From positions 32,001 through 96,000 of the IMG/VR virus record IMGVR_UViG_3300022890_000011: 64,000 nt of DNA; one strand, 5' to 3'. Shown here piece by piece: positions 1 through 10,414 of this stretch. The notes under the pieces are model-generated. The model searched no databases. It was not told the origin of the DNA and was given only the letters and a program-made list of their open reading frames with translations. The position numbers were made by a program, and so were the translations under genes. The DNA comes from a virus. Every line of letters begins with the position of its first letter. Position 1 is the stretch's first letter.

Positions 1-2
1 TT

Positions 3-2468
3 ACCTACACCCTCAGCCCATTCTTTACTAGGAATTTTAGTATCATCAAAAACACCAAATTGTGATAATATTCTACCAGAAAATGCAATTGCAAACGCAA
101 TACTAGACATAGAAGCAATAACTTCTTCTGGGTCATCAACATCAATAGTTTCATCCATTTCAGCCATTGATTTAGCAAAAATAGAAATTGCACCACCAAC
201 ACCTTCTGCCCATGATTTACTAGGAACTTTTGTATCATCAAATGAACCAAATTTATTAAATATTCTACCAACTATAATTAAACCAGCGGCTACACTAACC
301 ATAGAGCCTATAACTTCTTCTGGATCTTCAACATCAAGTGCCTCGTCCATATCTTTAATAGCAGTACTGAAAGATGCTAAAGAACCACCTACACCTTCAG
401 CCCATTTCTTACTAGGGACTTTTGTGTCATCAAATTTACCACCATATTTATTAAATACATCCCCTGCTGCAATAATAGCTAATGCTATAATTCTTGTTGC
501 TCCTATAATTTCACCTGGAGTATCTAGTCCCATATCATCAAAAGCTAATAACGCATTTGAAAATGTTGCAACCGCGGTTCCAACACCATCAGCCCATTTT
601 TTACTAGGGACTTTAGATTCATCGAAAGCACCTCCACTTCTATTAAATACATTTGCAGCGGTTACTAATGCCAATGATATTGTTATAATAAATTTATTTA
701 AGTCTACTTTACCGCCTCCAAAGAAACCAGAAAGAAGATCTAAATATGTCATTTGAACTAAGACATCAGAGAAAGTTTTAATTGCTAATGAGACACCAGA
801 AGCCCAGTCTAATGTAGGGTATTTATCATAATTTCCTCCACCTAATATTTTAGAAGCTTCTACAATAGAAGTTGCGACTATTAACATAGCTGCACCACCT
901 GCCGCCAACATAGCTAAACCAAATCCAAGTGTAGCAAAGATGAAAACTCCTAATAACATCATACCTGTGCCAAATACTAACATTGATAAACCAACACCAC
1001 CAGACCAATCAGCCGACGGATATTTATCATAACTACCTGCTCCTAAAATGTATGAAGTTGCTGTTATAGTAGCAGCAACAATTACAACAGCCAGTGCACC
1101 TAAAGCCAATGCGATAAAACCTGTACCACCACTAGCAAGTATTAATGCACCAAAAACCAATGTTGCACCACCAAATATTAACATAGATAAACCTACACCA
1201 CCAACCCAATCTAATGATGGATATTTTTCATAATTACCAAATGATATTAACCAACTTGATAACATTATTGCAGCAGATACCATTACTACGGCTAATGCCC
1301 CTAGAGCTATATCTTCTAATTTAACTTTTGATTTAGTTATTAATATAATTGTTGGCATCATTGCTAGTGTGGTCACACCAATAACAACACCAGTTAACAT
1401 TACATCAATTGGATTTTTAATTGGAGCTGTTAATTGTAATATCCAAGACGAAACTACAATACCAGCTGCTATTATTGGTAATACGGCAACTGTTAATAAT
1501 ATATCTTTAGGTGTAACTCCTTTTGTACCTTTTTTAGATGTTAGTTTTTTTAATTTTCCGGATTTATCAAATGATTCTAACACTTTATCATCCATAGTTC
1601 CACCTTTTAAAAGCTTGGCTAACATTAAAACGATTATTGCGGCAGGAGCCATTGCTATTGAAGCAAAAATTACATTTTTCATTGTTTCAAATGTCATTGG
1701 TGCAACTGCACTAAGAATATATGATGATAAAACAATCGCGCTTGCAACTATTGGCATTATAGTTGGTAACATCATCAATGATGCAACAGATTTATTGTCT
1801 AATTTTGTATCTTTTAATCCCCATAATATGAGAGCTACCGCTGCTGACATAGTAACACCAACGGCTACAATTGTTAATAATTCCATAAATCCAATAGTAT
1901 CAACCATATTTAAAAAATATGATGAAGCGAGAATTGCGAGTGCCATTATTGGAAAAATTGATGAAACCATAAGAACCTTTTCGTATGTTAAATCTTTTAT
2001 TGAAGCAACTTCAGCAAAAGCTTTTGCTACCGCTAACATACCTATTCCTAAAGCTATAACAGATAACACATCAACCTTGCCTATTAATTTAAAAGCCATA
2101 CCAATTGCTAATACACCACCAGCTATTAAAACTATTGCTGATATTCCTTCTACTATTTTCTTTTTGTTCTTTGTTTCGCCGACAGTTCCAAACATACCGG
2201 TTTCTTTTCTTTCCTTATCTTGTTCGACTGCTTTTTTTATAGTAGAGACATCAGTTTTCATTTCACCAATTTCTTTTGATTCAGAAATTGCTTTTTTAAC
2301 TTGATCTGTAATATTACTAAAAACTTCTGTGCTTAGTCCTTCAATTAATTTATCACTAACATCAGTTTCACTTCCTTTTGCTTGTTCTTTTAAAAGTTCA
2401 ACTACACTTTCTAATGATTTAGTAAAATTATCTAATTTTTCTACAAATTCTCTATCTATTTTAGCCAT
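3..2468 (-). CDS. Tape-measure-like multi-transmembrane protein (partial, runs off the window's left edge; missing from ORF track)
   Basis: ATG at 2468 (MAKIDREFVEKLDNFTKS...) with an open frame to the window edge; many Ala/Gly/Ile-rich hydrophobic helices, then Trp-anchored repeats (YDKYPSxDWxGGVG; FDDTKVPSKxWAEGVG). The + strand ORFs at 424-2604 are its antisense shadow. Confidence 0.6.
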   Translation of the reverse strand, partial: MAKIDREFVEKLDNFTKSLESVVELLKEQAKGSETDVSDKLIEGLSTEVFSNITDQVKKAISESKEIGEMKTDVSTIKKAVEQDKERKETGMFGTVGETKNKKKIVEGISAIVLIAGGVLAIGMAFKLIGKVDVLSVIALGIGMLAVAKAFAEVASIKDLTYEKVLMVSSIFPIMALAILASSYFLNMVDTIGFMELLTIVAVGVTMSAAVALILWGLKDTKLDNKSVASLMMLPTIMPIVASAIVLSSYILSAVAPMTFETMKNVIFASIAMAPAAIIVLMLAKLLKGGTMDDKVLESFDKSGKLKKLTSKKGTKGVTPKDILLTVAVLPIIAAGIVVSSWILQLTAPIKNPIDVMLTGVVIGVTTLAMMPTIILITKSKVKLEDIALGALAVVMVSAAIMLSSWLISFGNYEKYPSLDWVGGVGLSMLIFGGATLVFGALILASGGTGFIALALGALAVVIVAATITATSYILGAGSYDKYPSADWSGGVGLSMLVFGTGMMLLGVFIFATLGFGLAMLAAGGAAMLIVATSIVEASKILGGGNYDKYPTLDWASGVSLAIKTFSDVLVQMTYLDLLSGFFGGGKVDLNKFIITISLALVTAANVFNRSGGAFDESKVPSKKWADGVGTAVATFSNALLAFDDMGLDTPGEIIGATRIIALAIIAAGDVFNKYGGKFDDTKVPSKKWAEGVGGSLASFSTAIKDMDEALDVEDPEEVIGSMVSVAAGLIIVGRIFNKFGSFDDTKVPSKSWAEGVGGAISIFAKSMAEMDETIDVDDPEEVIASMSSIAFAIAFSGRILSQFGVFDDTKIPSKEWAEGVG

Positions 2469-2471
2469 TTA

Positions 2472-2846
2472 TTATTTCTCATTATCTTTTGTTATATCTT
2501 CTTGTTCTTCTTTTGCAGTACCAATTATTTTATCAAAGTCTTCGATATCTTGTTCAAGTTCATCCATTTTAGGTTCAATATCTTCAGAATCTATACCTTT
2601 TTGAAAGTCTTGTTTAATATCTTTTGTTGTGTCTTCGATTTTTTTACCTTGATCTTCAATTAAATCTGTACTATTTTTTAATTGATCTAATTTATCAGAA
2701 GTTGTATCTGGTTCAACATTTTCAATTTCTTCTGTTTCTTTTGATTTAGATTTTTGTTCTTCTTGATGTTTTTGAATTTTATTAGATAATTCACTTTTGA
2801 ATTCATCTGCGCTTTGTTCATTTAAGAATTCTATATAGGTTTTCAT
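2472..2846 (-). CDS. Acidic coiled-coil protein with capsid-targeting-like N-terminus (probable internal head protein)
   Basis: Starts MKTYIEFLNE, 7/10 identical to the T4 IPII/IPIII targeting sequence MKTYQEFIAE; TTAATATATA motif upstream. Confidence 0.6.
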   Translation of the reverse strand: MKTYIEFLNEQSADEFKSELSNKIQKHQEEQKSKSKETEEIENVEPDTTSDKLDQLKNSTDLIEDQGKKIEDTTKDIKQDFQKGIDSEDIEPKMDELEQDIEDFDKIIGTAKEEQEDITKDNEK

Positions 2847-2953
2847 ACTTGTTTATAGATTTGAAACTATATATTAAAATTAATAATTTAAAAAGAAAGA
2901 TTTTTTATTTAAAAAAATTTTCTTATATTAGGTTGAATTTAAAAAATATAAAT

Positions 2954-3469
2954 ATGAAGCAATCAATTTTATCATTTTACACTTTGGCAATTCTTTTTGG
3001 TTTTTTATTAACTATGGCATTACATTCATGTATTATACCACAATCAGAAGTTGGTGAGAAATTAGATGGTACACATAATTTAAAACAAACATCAGATGGT
3101 TATTATACCTATACTTTCACTAAAGTAGATGATTCGTATGAAATAAATAAAATAAACTTTTTCTGGAAAGATAGTTCTAATACTAATGTTATGACTAGAT
3201 TAAGACAAAGTGATATAAGAATTGAGTTGAATGATACTATTGAAACACCAATGGTTAAATTTAGATGGAATAGCGGTAGTTATGATAATAATTTAGAGAG
3301 ACTTGAAAACCATATTGTATATGCATTAATTATATGTAATGATGAATCGTTACCTGTGATGATTAATAAAATATCTAAATCAAAATATTTAGATTTAATA
3401 AAGGAACCTGAATTATTCTATGAAGCAGATTCAATTTCTAATGAAAAAGAAAATATAATTGAACTGTAA
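2954..3469 (+). CDS. Hypothetical membrane/lipoprotein
   Basis: Likely start MKQSILSF at 2954; hydrophobic N-terminal helix ending in lipobox-like LHSC. Confidence 0.5.
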   Translation: MKQSILSFYTLAILFGFLLTMALHSCIIPQSEVGEKLDGTHNLKQTSDGYYTYTFTKVDDSYEINKINFFWKDSSNTNVMTRLRQSDIRIELNDTIETPMVKFRWNSGSYDNNLERLENHIVYALIICNDESLPVMINKISKSKYLDLIKEPELFYEADSISNEKENIIEL

Positions 3470-3544
3470 ATTACAGAGATAAATTTTTATTTTTTGAAGA
3501 AATTTAGTATATTGATTTAAATAAACCACTAAAAAACAAAAATT

Positions 3545-4207
3545 ATGATAGATTTTAAAGAAATATTTGAAAAAATAGAAAAGAACGAAATGGTTGATAT
3601 TTACTTAGTTGAATCAACTCTGAATTATTTTATAGCTATTGAAGATTATAAAAAATGTATGGTTATTCAAAATCACATTAATTCTAAAGTTAACTCTGGT
3701 TATACAAACGACGAATATGAAATGATTAGAGAAATTGACGAACATAATAAGAAAATTGAATGGTTGGACAAAGAATTTGAAAAATCTTTAAATGGTGAAA
3801 AGGAAAAATATATTGGAAAACCAGGTAGTGAATTGTTTAAATTACATGAAATGATGTATAATTCATTGAGAGATTCTTCAACGAATAAGATTAAAAAATT
3901 ACAATCAAAATTAGATGGTACATTTGATTTTGAAGACGAAAAAAGAAAAGGTAAAGAAACAATGAAAGACTTTTTTGTTAAATGTAAAGGTATGTTAAAC
4001 GAAGAATTTGATAGAAATGTACGTGATTTGTCAAAGAATATACAAAAAGAAAAAGATGATATTGAAACTTTAGAAAAAAGTAAAACGGGAGACAAAAATC
4101 TTGATAGATTGTTAGATGAACATGTATCATCAATTAGAAAAAAGAAAGTTAAACTTGAAGAAGAGTTGTTAGAAATACAAACAATGAAAAATAAAATAAA
4201 CGAATAA
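3545..4207 (+). CDS. Coiled-coil hypothetical protein (UVR-like N-terminal motif)
   Basis: 220 aa ORF; IAIEDYKKCMVIQ motif followed by E/K-rich helices. Confidence 0.5.
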   Translation: MIDFKEIFEKIEKNEMVDIYLVESTLNYFIAIEDYKKCMVIQNHINSKVNSGYTNDEYEMIREIDEHNKKIEWLDKEFEKSLNGEKEKYIGKPGSELFKLHEMMYNSLRDSSTNKIKKLQSKLDGTFDFEDEKRKGKETMKDFFVKCKGMLNEEFDRNVRDLSKNIQKEKDDIETLEKSKTGDKNLDRLLDEHVSSIRKKKVKLEEELLEIQTMKNKINE

Positions 4208-4233
4208 AAAAAGAGAGTTTGACTCTCTTTTTT
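4206..4233. terminator. Bidirectional intrinsic terminator
   Basis: aaaaaaagagagt-ttg-actctctttttt hairpin between convergent genes. Confidence 0.75.
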
Positions 4234-4236
4234 GTT

Positions 4237-4989
4237 TTATTGTTGAGTTTTTATTCCTTGTGGTGTTGTTATTTGTTGTCCTTGTGTTAATTGTTTAGTT
4301 TGTGATTGAACTTGTTGTGATTGAACTCGAACAGTACTTGATTCTTTTGCTATATCCTTAATTTTAGAAAAAATATCACTTTCTTGTGTTTGTTGTGAAT
4401 CTTTAACTGGTAAATCAACATATTGATACAAACTCTTCCAATTTATTCCTATAATACTACCACCAAATGGTTTAAGTGAATTTTTATATGGTTTTCCTTG
4501 AACAGTATTTTCATCAACATCTTGTCCCTGTATATCTAAATTTGTTAATTCAATAATACTTCTATCACCATCTTGATTTTGGTATATGTATGAATTACCA
4601 ACTTTTAGTATATTTTTCCCGGTGCATTGTTTAGGTTGTGATAATTGATCTTTACTTCTACCGACAGGCCCGTTAATTTTACCTTCTTTATTTTTATATT
4701 TCAATTGATAAATATCACCATCAATTTTAACAAGCAATGCTGTAACTTTCATACCCTTATTTTTATAAGTATATAAATTACCTTCTTTAAATTCACTTGT
4801 AGTTGCAGGTAATGTTTGAGTTTGTGGTTGTGATTTTATAGGTAATGTTTGACCCCCTTTATTAATATGTTCTTGTCTTTTAGCTATATTTACTTGTGAT
4901 TGTGACGCACCACTTTTTCCTGATGCTATCTGTGATGTAGCTTCTTTAGCACCTGTATTTTCTTTAATAAAATTACTAAATTTTTTCAT
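4237..4989 (-). CDS. Gln-rich hypothetical protein with CTS-like N-terminus
   Basis: MKKFSNFIKE start; 250 aa. Confidence 0.6.
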   Translation of the reverse strand: MKKFSNFIKENTGAKEATSQIASGKSGASQSQVNIAKRQEHINKGGQTLPIKSQPQTQTLPATTSEFKEGNLYTYKNKGMKVTALLVKIDGDIYQLKYKNKEGKINGPVGRSKDQLSQPKQCTGKNILKVGNSYIYQNQDGDRSIIELTNLDIQGQDVDENTVQGKPYKNSLKPFGGSIIGINWKSLYQYVDLPVKDSQQTQESDIFSKIKDIAKESSTVRVQSQQVQSQTKQLTQGQQITTPQGIKTQQ

Positions 4990-4994
4990 ATTTT

Positions 4995-7517
4995 TTATTT
5001 ATTTGGTTTATATCCATAAGAATCACCAGCATTTATTTTTTTACCATTTAGTGCGTCTTTTAAATAAATAGAGGAAGAATTTATTATCATTCTTCTCAAA
5101 TCCTCCTCATCCCATGGACTTGTAAAGTCATTGTCTCCTGGTGAAGTTTTATATACTGGACAACTTCTAAAATTAAAAATATTACCTTTTTCACCAATAG
5201 AAATAAGTTTTATATATTCATCAACAGTGACATATTTACCATTACTAAAAACACCAATGTTATCTTTATTTATAACTATTGTGTCTTTTTCATCTTTGTT
5301 AACTTTAGCTTTTTGATATGTTTTGTTAATTTTTATTAAGATTGATCCTTGACCACCAACACCAGCATTTTTATCTATAGAAGTTTTATTAATGAAAACA
5401 ACATAAATATTATCTTTAAAGTCATTTGAACCAAATTTAAAATAATTAGAAGCATAAATTTTAAATTCATTTTCACTATTATCAGAATTGTATTTGTCAT
5501 TGTAATAGTATTTAGAAAGAAAATTTATTGGATTTTCACCTTTTTTTACTTCTTTTAATTTTTTAAAATCAATAAAACCTTCAATTAAAAAACAAATATT
5601 TTCCTTTTTACCAAAAATACTTTGGCTATCATCAGTTGGTGACATTAATCTACCAACTACCCCGTAATTATCAAGGGCTATTATATATGTAGAATCCATA
5701 CTTTTTGTATTTGCATTCTCCGTAACATGAAAAACATCACTTATTATATCAGAATTTTTATCTACATCTACAACATCCATACTTCCTGATGCATTAGTAA
5801 CATTTGGATTTGTATAATCTTCTTTTGCAAACATAGCAGATTCACCATTATATATTGAGAAAGGATTAACATCTTTCCATGTTAAATAATTTTGAAATAA
5901 TTGTCCAATATTTCTAATTAATGTTTTCCATTTTTTTTCTAATTTTTCTCTATCTCTAGGTTTAACTGTGAAATTTTGTCTTACATTTGGTTCATATCCT
6001 TCTCTTCTTTTATTTACAAATGTGCTTTTGTTGTCATATAACAGTAAAGCAGCTTCTTGTATTTCAGCAATTTTTATTTTATTTAATTCATTTTTTGAAG
6101 CATGTTCCTGTGGAGTTGGTGAGACATTTCGTAGACCATTAAATTTTTCTAAAACTTTCTTGTCACTTAATAATGCAGCATTTAAATTACTAAATTCTGA
6201 TTTTGGTAAAGAATCACCTAATATTTCACCAAGTCTATTTCCTTTACTAAATAATTTTTTAGCAATTTTAGATTGTTTTTTAGAACCTTCTACTTTAATG
6301 TCTTTAGCCTCTAGAATAAGAGATTCATTTTGTTGTGAATTAATTACATCGTCTATTTTTTCTATAATTCCTTTAAATTTATCATCACTATAATTAACAT
6401 CAAATCCAAATTGATCATTAACATATTTCTTAAGTTCATCTATATTTTTATAATCACCTTTAAGATCTTTATATTCTTTTAATTTGTTTTTAATAGTATT
6501 TCTAAAATTAGAATATATTGATTTTAACCATTCTTTATTTGTATCATCATTAAAATATTGTGTATTACTAATAATTTTAGAAATACTTTTTTCTATTATG
6601 AATCGTGAACATTTCAACAAGTACATATTTTGTGCTGATTGATCTGCAACTACTAAATTTGATATTTCTTTAGTAAATTCTTCTGTTATTTTTTTAATAA
6701 AGTTATATTGTGGTTGTACTTGTTGTACTTGTTGTTGATTTTGTGATTCATATTTTGTAGTACTAAATAAATCTAAATGATTACAACTATAAAGTCTATT
6801 TAGTGTTAAATTAATCCAACTTAACGCTTTTTGGTCATTTGGTTTCATCACTTTAAAATCTGGTTCATCAATCATTTCTTTAATATCTTCAGGTTTAGTT
6901 TCATTAATGTTTATAGAAGATACATTTTTTATGTAAATATCTTCAATTTTATCTGATTTTTGTTTTAAAATATCTACATTATATAAATTGTATTCTTCTG
7001 GTATCTTTATATCTGTTTTATAATCAAATGAAGTTGTATCACCTCCAGATAATAAAAATAGTCCGTATGCTATACTAAAATCTGAAGCAATATCATTTAT
7101 ATCATAAATATCATTTTTAGTAAACATTTTATTTTTAATAAATAATTGAATTTTTTCAGTTAAAGCTTTTTCAGCTTCTTTAAATGTTGATATAGCTTGT
7201 TCCATCGTTTCTTTTTCATCTTTCATTAAACCTTCTATAGTATTAACACCAGCTTTTAAGAATGTTCTAAATATAGCAGCCAAATATTCATTCTCTAATT
7301 GTCTTGAATACATAACCAATGTAGCAGTATGTTTTTTTCTTTTCATAAAACTAAAAACAGAATTAATAGCTCTACCTACCAATGATTCACTAAACCCAGT
7401 TTTATTACTGAAATCTAAAGTTTCGAATAATTTATGATCTTCATATAAATCTTCATATGAAGATTTATTTTCATAGACTTTTTTAAATTCTTTTGATGTA
7501 AAAAGGTTTTTTAACAT
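4995..7517 (-). CDS. Large hypothetical (probable virion internal) protein
   Basis: 840 aa; MLKNLFTSKEFKKVYE start; internal KLFE and LILE motifs resemble head-protease cleavage sites. Confidence 0.55.
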   Translation of the reverse strand: MLKNLFTSKEFKKVYENKSSYEDLYEDHKLFETLDFSNKTGFSESLVGRAINSVFSFMKRKKHTATLVMYSRQLENEYLAAIFRTFLKAGVNTIEGLMKDEKETMEQAISTFKEAEKALTEKIQLFIKNKMFTKNDIYDINDIASDFSIAYGLFLLSGGDTTSFDYKTDIKIPEEYNLYNVDILKQKSDKIEDIYIKNVSSININETKPEDIKEMIDEPDFKVMKPNDQKALSWINLTLNRLYSCNHLDLFSTTKYESQNQQQVQQVQPQYNFIKKITEEFTKEISNLVVADQSAQNMYLLKCSRFIIEKSISKIISNTQYFNDDTNKEWLKSIYSNFRNTIKNKLKEYKDLKGDYKNIDELKKYVNDQFGFDVNYSDDKFKGIIEKIDDVINSQQNESLILEAKDIKVEGSKKQSKIAKKLFSKGNRLGEILGDSLPKSEFSNLNAALLSDKKVLEKFNGLRNVSPTPQEHASKNELNKIKIAEIQEAALLLYDNKSTFVNKRREGYEPNVRQNFTVKPRDREKLEKKWKTLIRNIGQLFQNYLTWKDVNPFSIYNGESAMFAKEDYTNPNVTNASGSMDVVDVDKNSDIISDVFHVTENANTKSMDSTYIIALDNYGVVGRLMSPTDDSQSIFGKKENICFLIEGFIDFKKLKEVKKGENPINFLSKYYYNDKYNSDNSENEFKIYASNYFKFGSNDFKDNIYVVFINKTSIDKNAGVGGQGSILIKINKTYQKAKVNKDEKDTIVINKDNIGVFSNGKYVTVDEYIKLISIGEKGNIFNFRSCPVYKTSPGDNDFTSPWDEEDLRRMIINSSSIYLKDALNGKKINAGDSYGYKPNK

Positions 7518-7519
7518 TA

Positions 7520-7906
7520 CTATTTAATTTTTTTTAGTCTGATACCAGTATATTCATACTTTTTATCATTTATTCTAAATCCATCTTCCTCGTATTCAAT
7601 AGGATTGCCATTTGTAAAAATGATTTTACCATTTTTTAATATTTGGCAAGACTTATTTTTAAAAAGATATTCTTGTAATATTTCTTTTGGTGATTTGGAT
7701 ATTATTTCTGTATTGGAAACCCCTTGTTTTTTATCAACCTTAACAATTTTTTCAACATTCTCTACAATCTTTTCTTCTTTTAAAACAGGTTTATAACCTT
7801 TCTTTTTAGCAGTTACTGGTAATAAACTTACTTTTTCTCCTTTATCATTTAAATATAAGTATGTCGTTTTACCTGATTTTGTTGGTTTTCCTTCGATTAG
7901 TTTCAT
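7520..7906 (-). CDS. Basic hypothetical protein
   Basis: 128 aa ORF in tight operon spacing. Confidence 0.55.
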   Translation of the reverse strand: MKLIEGKPTKSGKTTYLYLNDKGEKVSLLPVTAKKKGYKPVLKEEKIVENVEKIVKVDKKQGVSNTEIISKSPKEILQEYLFKNKSCQILKNGKIIFTNGNPIEYEEDGFRINDKKYEYTGIRLKKIK

Positions 7907-7911
7907 AGTTT

Positions 7912-8058
7912 TTAGTTTAATTCTTTATCTGATACGTCTTTGATTAATTCTCCTTCATCTTCGTATTCAATAACTTCTTTTAAGATAGGTGCATCTTCGC
8001 TTTTCTTTTTAAGTAGTTCTTTTTTCTCTTTCTTTTTTTTCTTCTTATTATCATTCAT
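7912..8058 (-). CDS. Small charged protein (48 aa, not in ORF track)
   Basis: MNDNKKKKKKEKKELL...DKELN*, downstream of a TTAATATATA motif at 8079-8088 (-). Confidence 0.45.
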   Translation of the reverse strand: MNDNKKKKKKEKKELLKKKSEDAPILKEVIEYEDEGELIKDVSDKELN

Positions 8059-8162
8059 AACTTAATTTCATTTTTTTCTATATATTAAAATACTATGTCG
8101 GATTTTTTAATTTAAAATGAAAATTATATGTTAATATATAGTGATATAAAATGAAATGAAAA

Positions 8163-8936
8163 ATGAAAAGATTACTCAGCTACGATAGATTCAATTTTGT
8201 TAAAGAACATATGATTACTGAAGATACTGAATTTAACCAGTATCAATTCGGTGTTGGTAATGCAAGTCCGTTGGGACCAGGTTATGGTTTTGCTGTTGAT
8301 CCAAGTTTGGGTATTTATACTGACCGAGATAGCCCATATACCGATTACTACTCTAGAACTTCAGGCTTAGTTAAAGATTTAATGGATGTTATTGATTATA
8401 CTAGAGGTAGCAAGGCCATGTCAGATGTTAAGTTTGATTATTTCATTGATGATATTTCAAAATATGAAAATATGAAAATATTAAGAATAAATGAAAATGG
8501 TAGTGGTTGGATGGATATTTTTATATCTTTTGATTTTGATGGTCAAGATTTTTTTGGTGTTTATAAAGATTTTAATAAACCATATATGAAACCAGTTTTA
8601 GAAAGTGAAATTATTTCTGGTAGACATTATGACTATATGGATAAAGAATATTATTTAAAATTAGATAATTATTTATTTAAAATATTAGAAAATTGGTTCT
8701 CACCTAAGAAAGGATTTTATAAGAATCATAAAGAATTATTACCAGTAAGAGATTCAATGGGACAAGAATATGATATTAAAAAAAATAAAGTTATTGAAAT
8801 TGTTGGTCAATATACAGACGAGAATTCAAAACAATATTTAGAAATGAAAATTGACGGTGAATTGTTTAGATTGGCTGGAAATAAATATTTTTATTTTAAT
8901 TACTGGTTTGAAGCCCTTCCAAAATTTGAATTATAA
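8163..8936 (+). CDS. Hypothetical protein with CTS-like N-terminus
   Basis: MKRLLSYDRFNFVKE; TTAATATATA at 8131-8140. Confidence 0.6.
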   Translation: MKRLLSYDRFNFVKEHMITEDTEFNQYQFGVGNASPLGPGYGFAVDPSLGIYTDRDSPYTDYYSRTSGLVKDLMDVIDYTRGSKAMSDVKFDYFIDDISKYENMKILRINENGSGWMDIFISFDFDGQDFFGVYKDFNKPYMKPVLESEIISGRHYDYMDKEYYLKLDNYLFKILENWFSPKKGFYKNHKELLPVRDSMGQEYDIKKNKVIEIVGQYTDENSKQYLEMKIDGELFRLAGNKYFYFNYWFEALPKFEL

Positions 8937-8937
8937 T

Positions 8938-9390
8938 ATGAAATATCTTAAAGATTATAATTCATGGGATAATAAATTATTAAAAGAATTTTACGAAGAA
9001 ACAGATAATTTAGAAGAACTTAAAAAAAGATGTGAATATTTAATTGATAAGTTTGGAAAACCCTCACTTGGTGTACCTGATAAGGATTATTTAAGTATTT
9101 TGATACCATTATCAAATCATGAAATTATTGATTTTTTGTGTGATATTGAAAATATTAAATCTTTTTCTCTTGAAATTTTAAGACCACCTATTACACTAGA
9201 TTATAAATTTAAAATATATTTTTTAAATGAAAATAACCCTAACGATAACTATGAAATATTTGCAATTTCAAGAGAAAAAGATTTAATTTTAATTGATTCA
9301 TCATATGAACAATATAAAATTATTGAAAATATTATTTTATTTGGAGATGTTGAACAAAGAATAACTACAAATCAAATGGGTTTACTTTAA
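8938..9390 (+). CDS. Dual-tagged hypothetical protein (MKYLKDY... / ...NQMGLL)
   Basis: True start ATG 8938 directly after the upstream stop; both terminal motifs present. Confidence 0.65.
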   Translation: MKYLKDYNSWDNKLLKEFYEETDNLEELKKRCEYLIDKFGKPSLGVPDKDYLSILIPLSNHEIIDFLCDIENIKSFSLEILRPPITLDYKFKIYFLNENNPNDNYEIFAISREKDLILIDSSYEQYKIIENIILFGDVEQRITTNQMGLL

Positions 9391-9647
9391 CCTGTATTCG
9401 AAACTGTAGAACCAATAGGATTTTTACTTAATAACCCTTTAGTATATTCACCGAAAGTATTAACTGGTGGTATTTCTTTATCATCTTCTAAATTATTATG
9501 AATCTGTTTTCTTAATATTTCAAATTCTTCTGGTGTTAAATCTCTATTTAGTAATTCCATTTGTTTATCAACTGTGTGTTGAAGTATATCTTCATCAGAA
9601 GGTGTTATTTGAGTTTCAAATTGTTTATATGTTTTTATATGTTTCAT
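9387..9647 (-). CDS. Small CTS-tagged protein
   Basis: MKHIKTYKQFE; ATGA overlap with upstream gene. Confidence 0.6.
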   Translation of the reverse strand: MKHIKTYKQFETQITPSDEDILQHTVDKQMELLNRDLTPEEFEILRKQIHNNLEDDKEIPPVNTFGEYTKGLLSKNPIGSTVSNTG

Positions 9648-10057
9648 AATATTCCTAGATTAATTCCGTTTTTCGCCCATTCTAAATTTTTTAGAAGTGG
9701 TGTTAAAATTGTTTTTTTAAATTTTTTGATTTTTATTAAACTTTTCCCATCATAACCCCCAGAAGAAAAATTCATAGATGTTGGATTATTGAAATCTTTT
9801 TCTAACTTAGATAAATATTTTAGATTTTCTGTTAAAAATTCATCCAATCTTTTATAATCAGTGTGACTTTTTTTTATATTAGGTATCCATTCTATAAATG
9901 GTGCAGAATCAGACTCATCATCACGAAATATATAATATAAATTTGGGAAATCACCGCCAATATCGCCAATAAAAAAACAAAAATGTTTATGATAATATGA
10001 TTCTACCATTGGTAGTTTGTTAAATTCAAAATTTTCGTATGTTTTTAAATATTTCAT
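9644..10057 (-). CDS. Dual-tagged hypothetical protein (MKYLKTYENFE... / ...INLGIL)
   Basis: Terminal motifs. Confidence 0.65.
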   Translation of the reverse strand: MKYLKTYENFEFNKLPMVESYYHKHFCFFIGDIGGDFPNLYYIFRDDESDSAPFIEWIPNIKKSHTDYKRLDEFLTENLKYLSKLEKDFNNPTSMNFSSGGYDGKSLIKIKKFKKTILTPLLKNLEWAKNGINLGIL

Positions 10058-10060
10058 AAT

Positions 10061-10414
10061 TTAGTCTAGATCATCAATTGCATCCCAAAGTTTGTTTTGT
10101 TGTATTTTTTTATGTCTCCAATGAAAAGGATCATTTTCTTCCATTTCAATTGTATATTTTTCAAAGTTCTCAACAAAATCATTAGTCAATTTAGCTTGAT
10201 CTAATGCAAATAATAATTGTTCATAGAATTGATCTGGATTATAATCTTCTTCACAAGCCTCTATTTCAGGAAAAACATCTTTAAATGGTTCTCTACCATA
10301 CTTAAAATTAAGTAATTCTACTAACTGATAAACATCAAGAAACCCAATTATATCTTCCCATGAGTTAATATCTTCATATTCATATGCTTCATTAAATTTT
10401 CTTAAATGTTTCAT
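10061..10414 (-). CDS. CTS-tagged acidic protein
   Basis: MKHLRKFNE. Confidence 0.6.
   Translation of the reverse strand: MKHLRKFNEAYEYEDINSWEDIIGFLDVYQLVELLNFKYGREPFKDVFPEIEACEEDYNPDQFYEQLLFALDQAKLTNDFVENFEKYTIEMEENDPFHWRHKKIQQNKLWDAIDDLD

Noticed and set aside
424-2604. Several + strand ORFs (424, 1048, 1369, 2329) and the short - strand ORF 5-271
   Set aside because: Antisense or off-frame shadows of the long minus-strand gene starting at 2468
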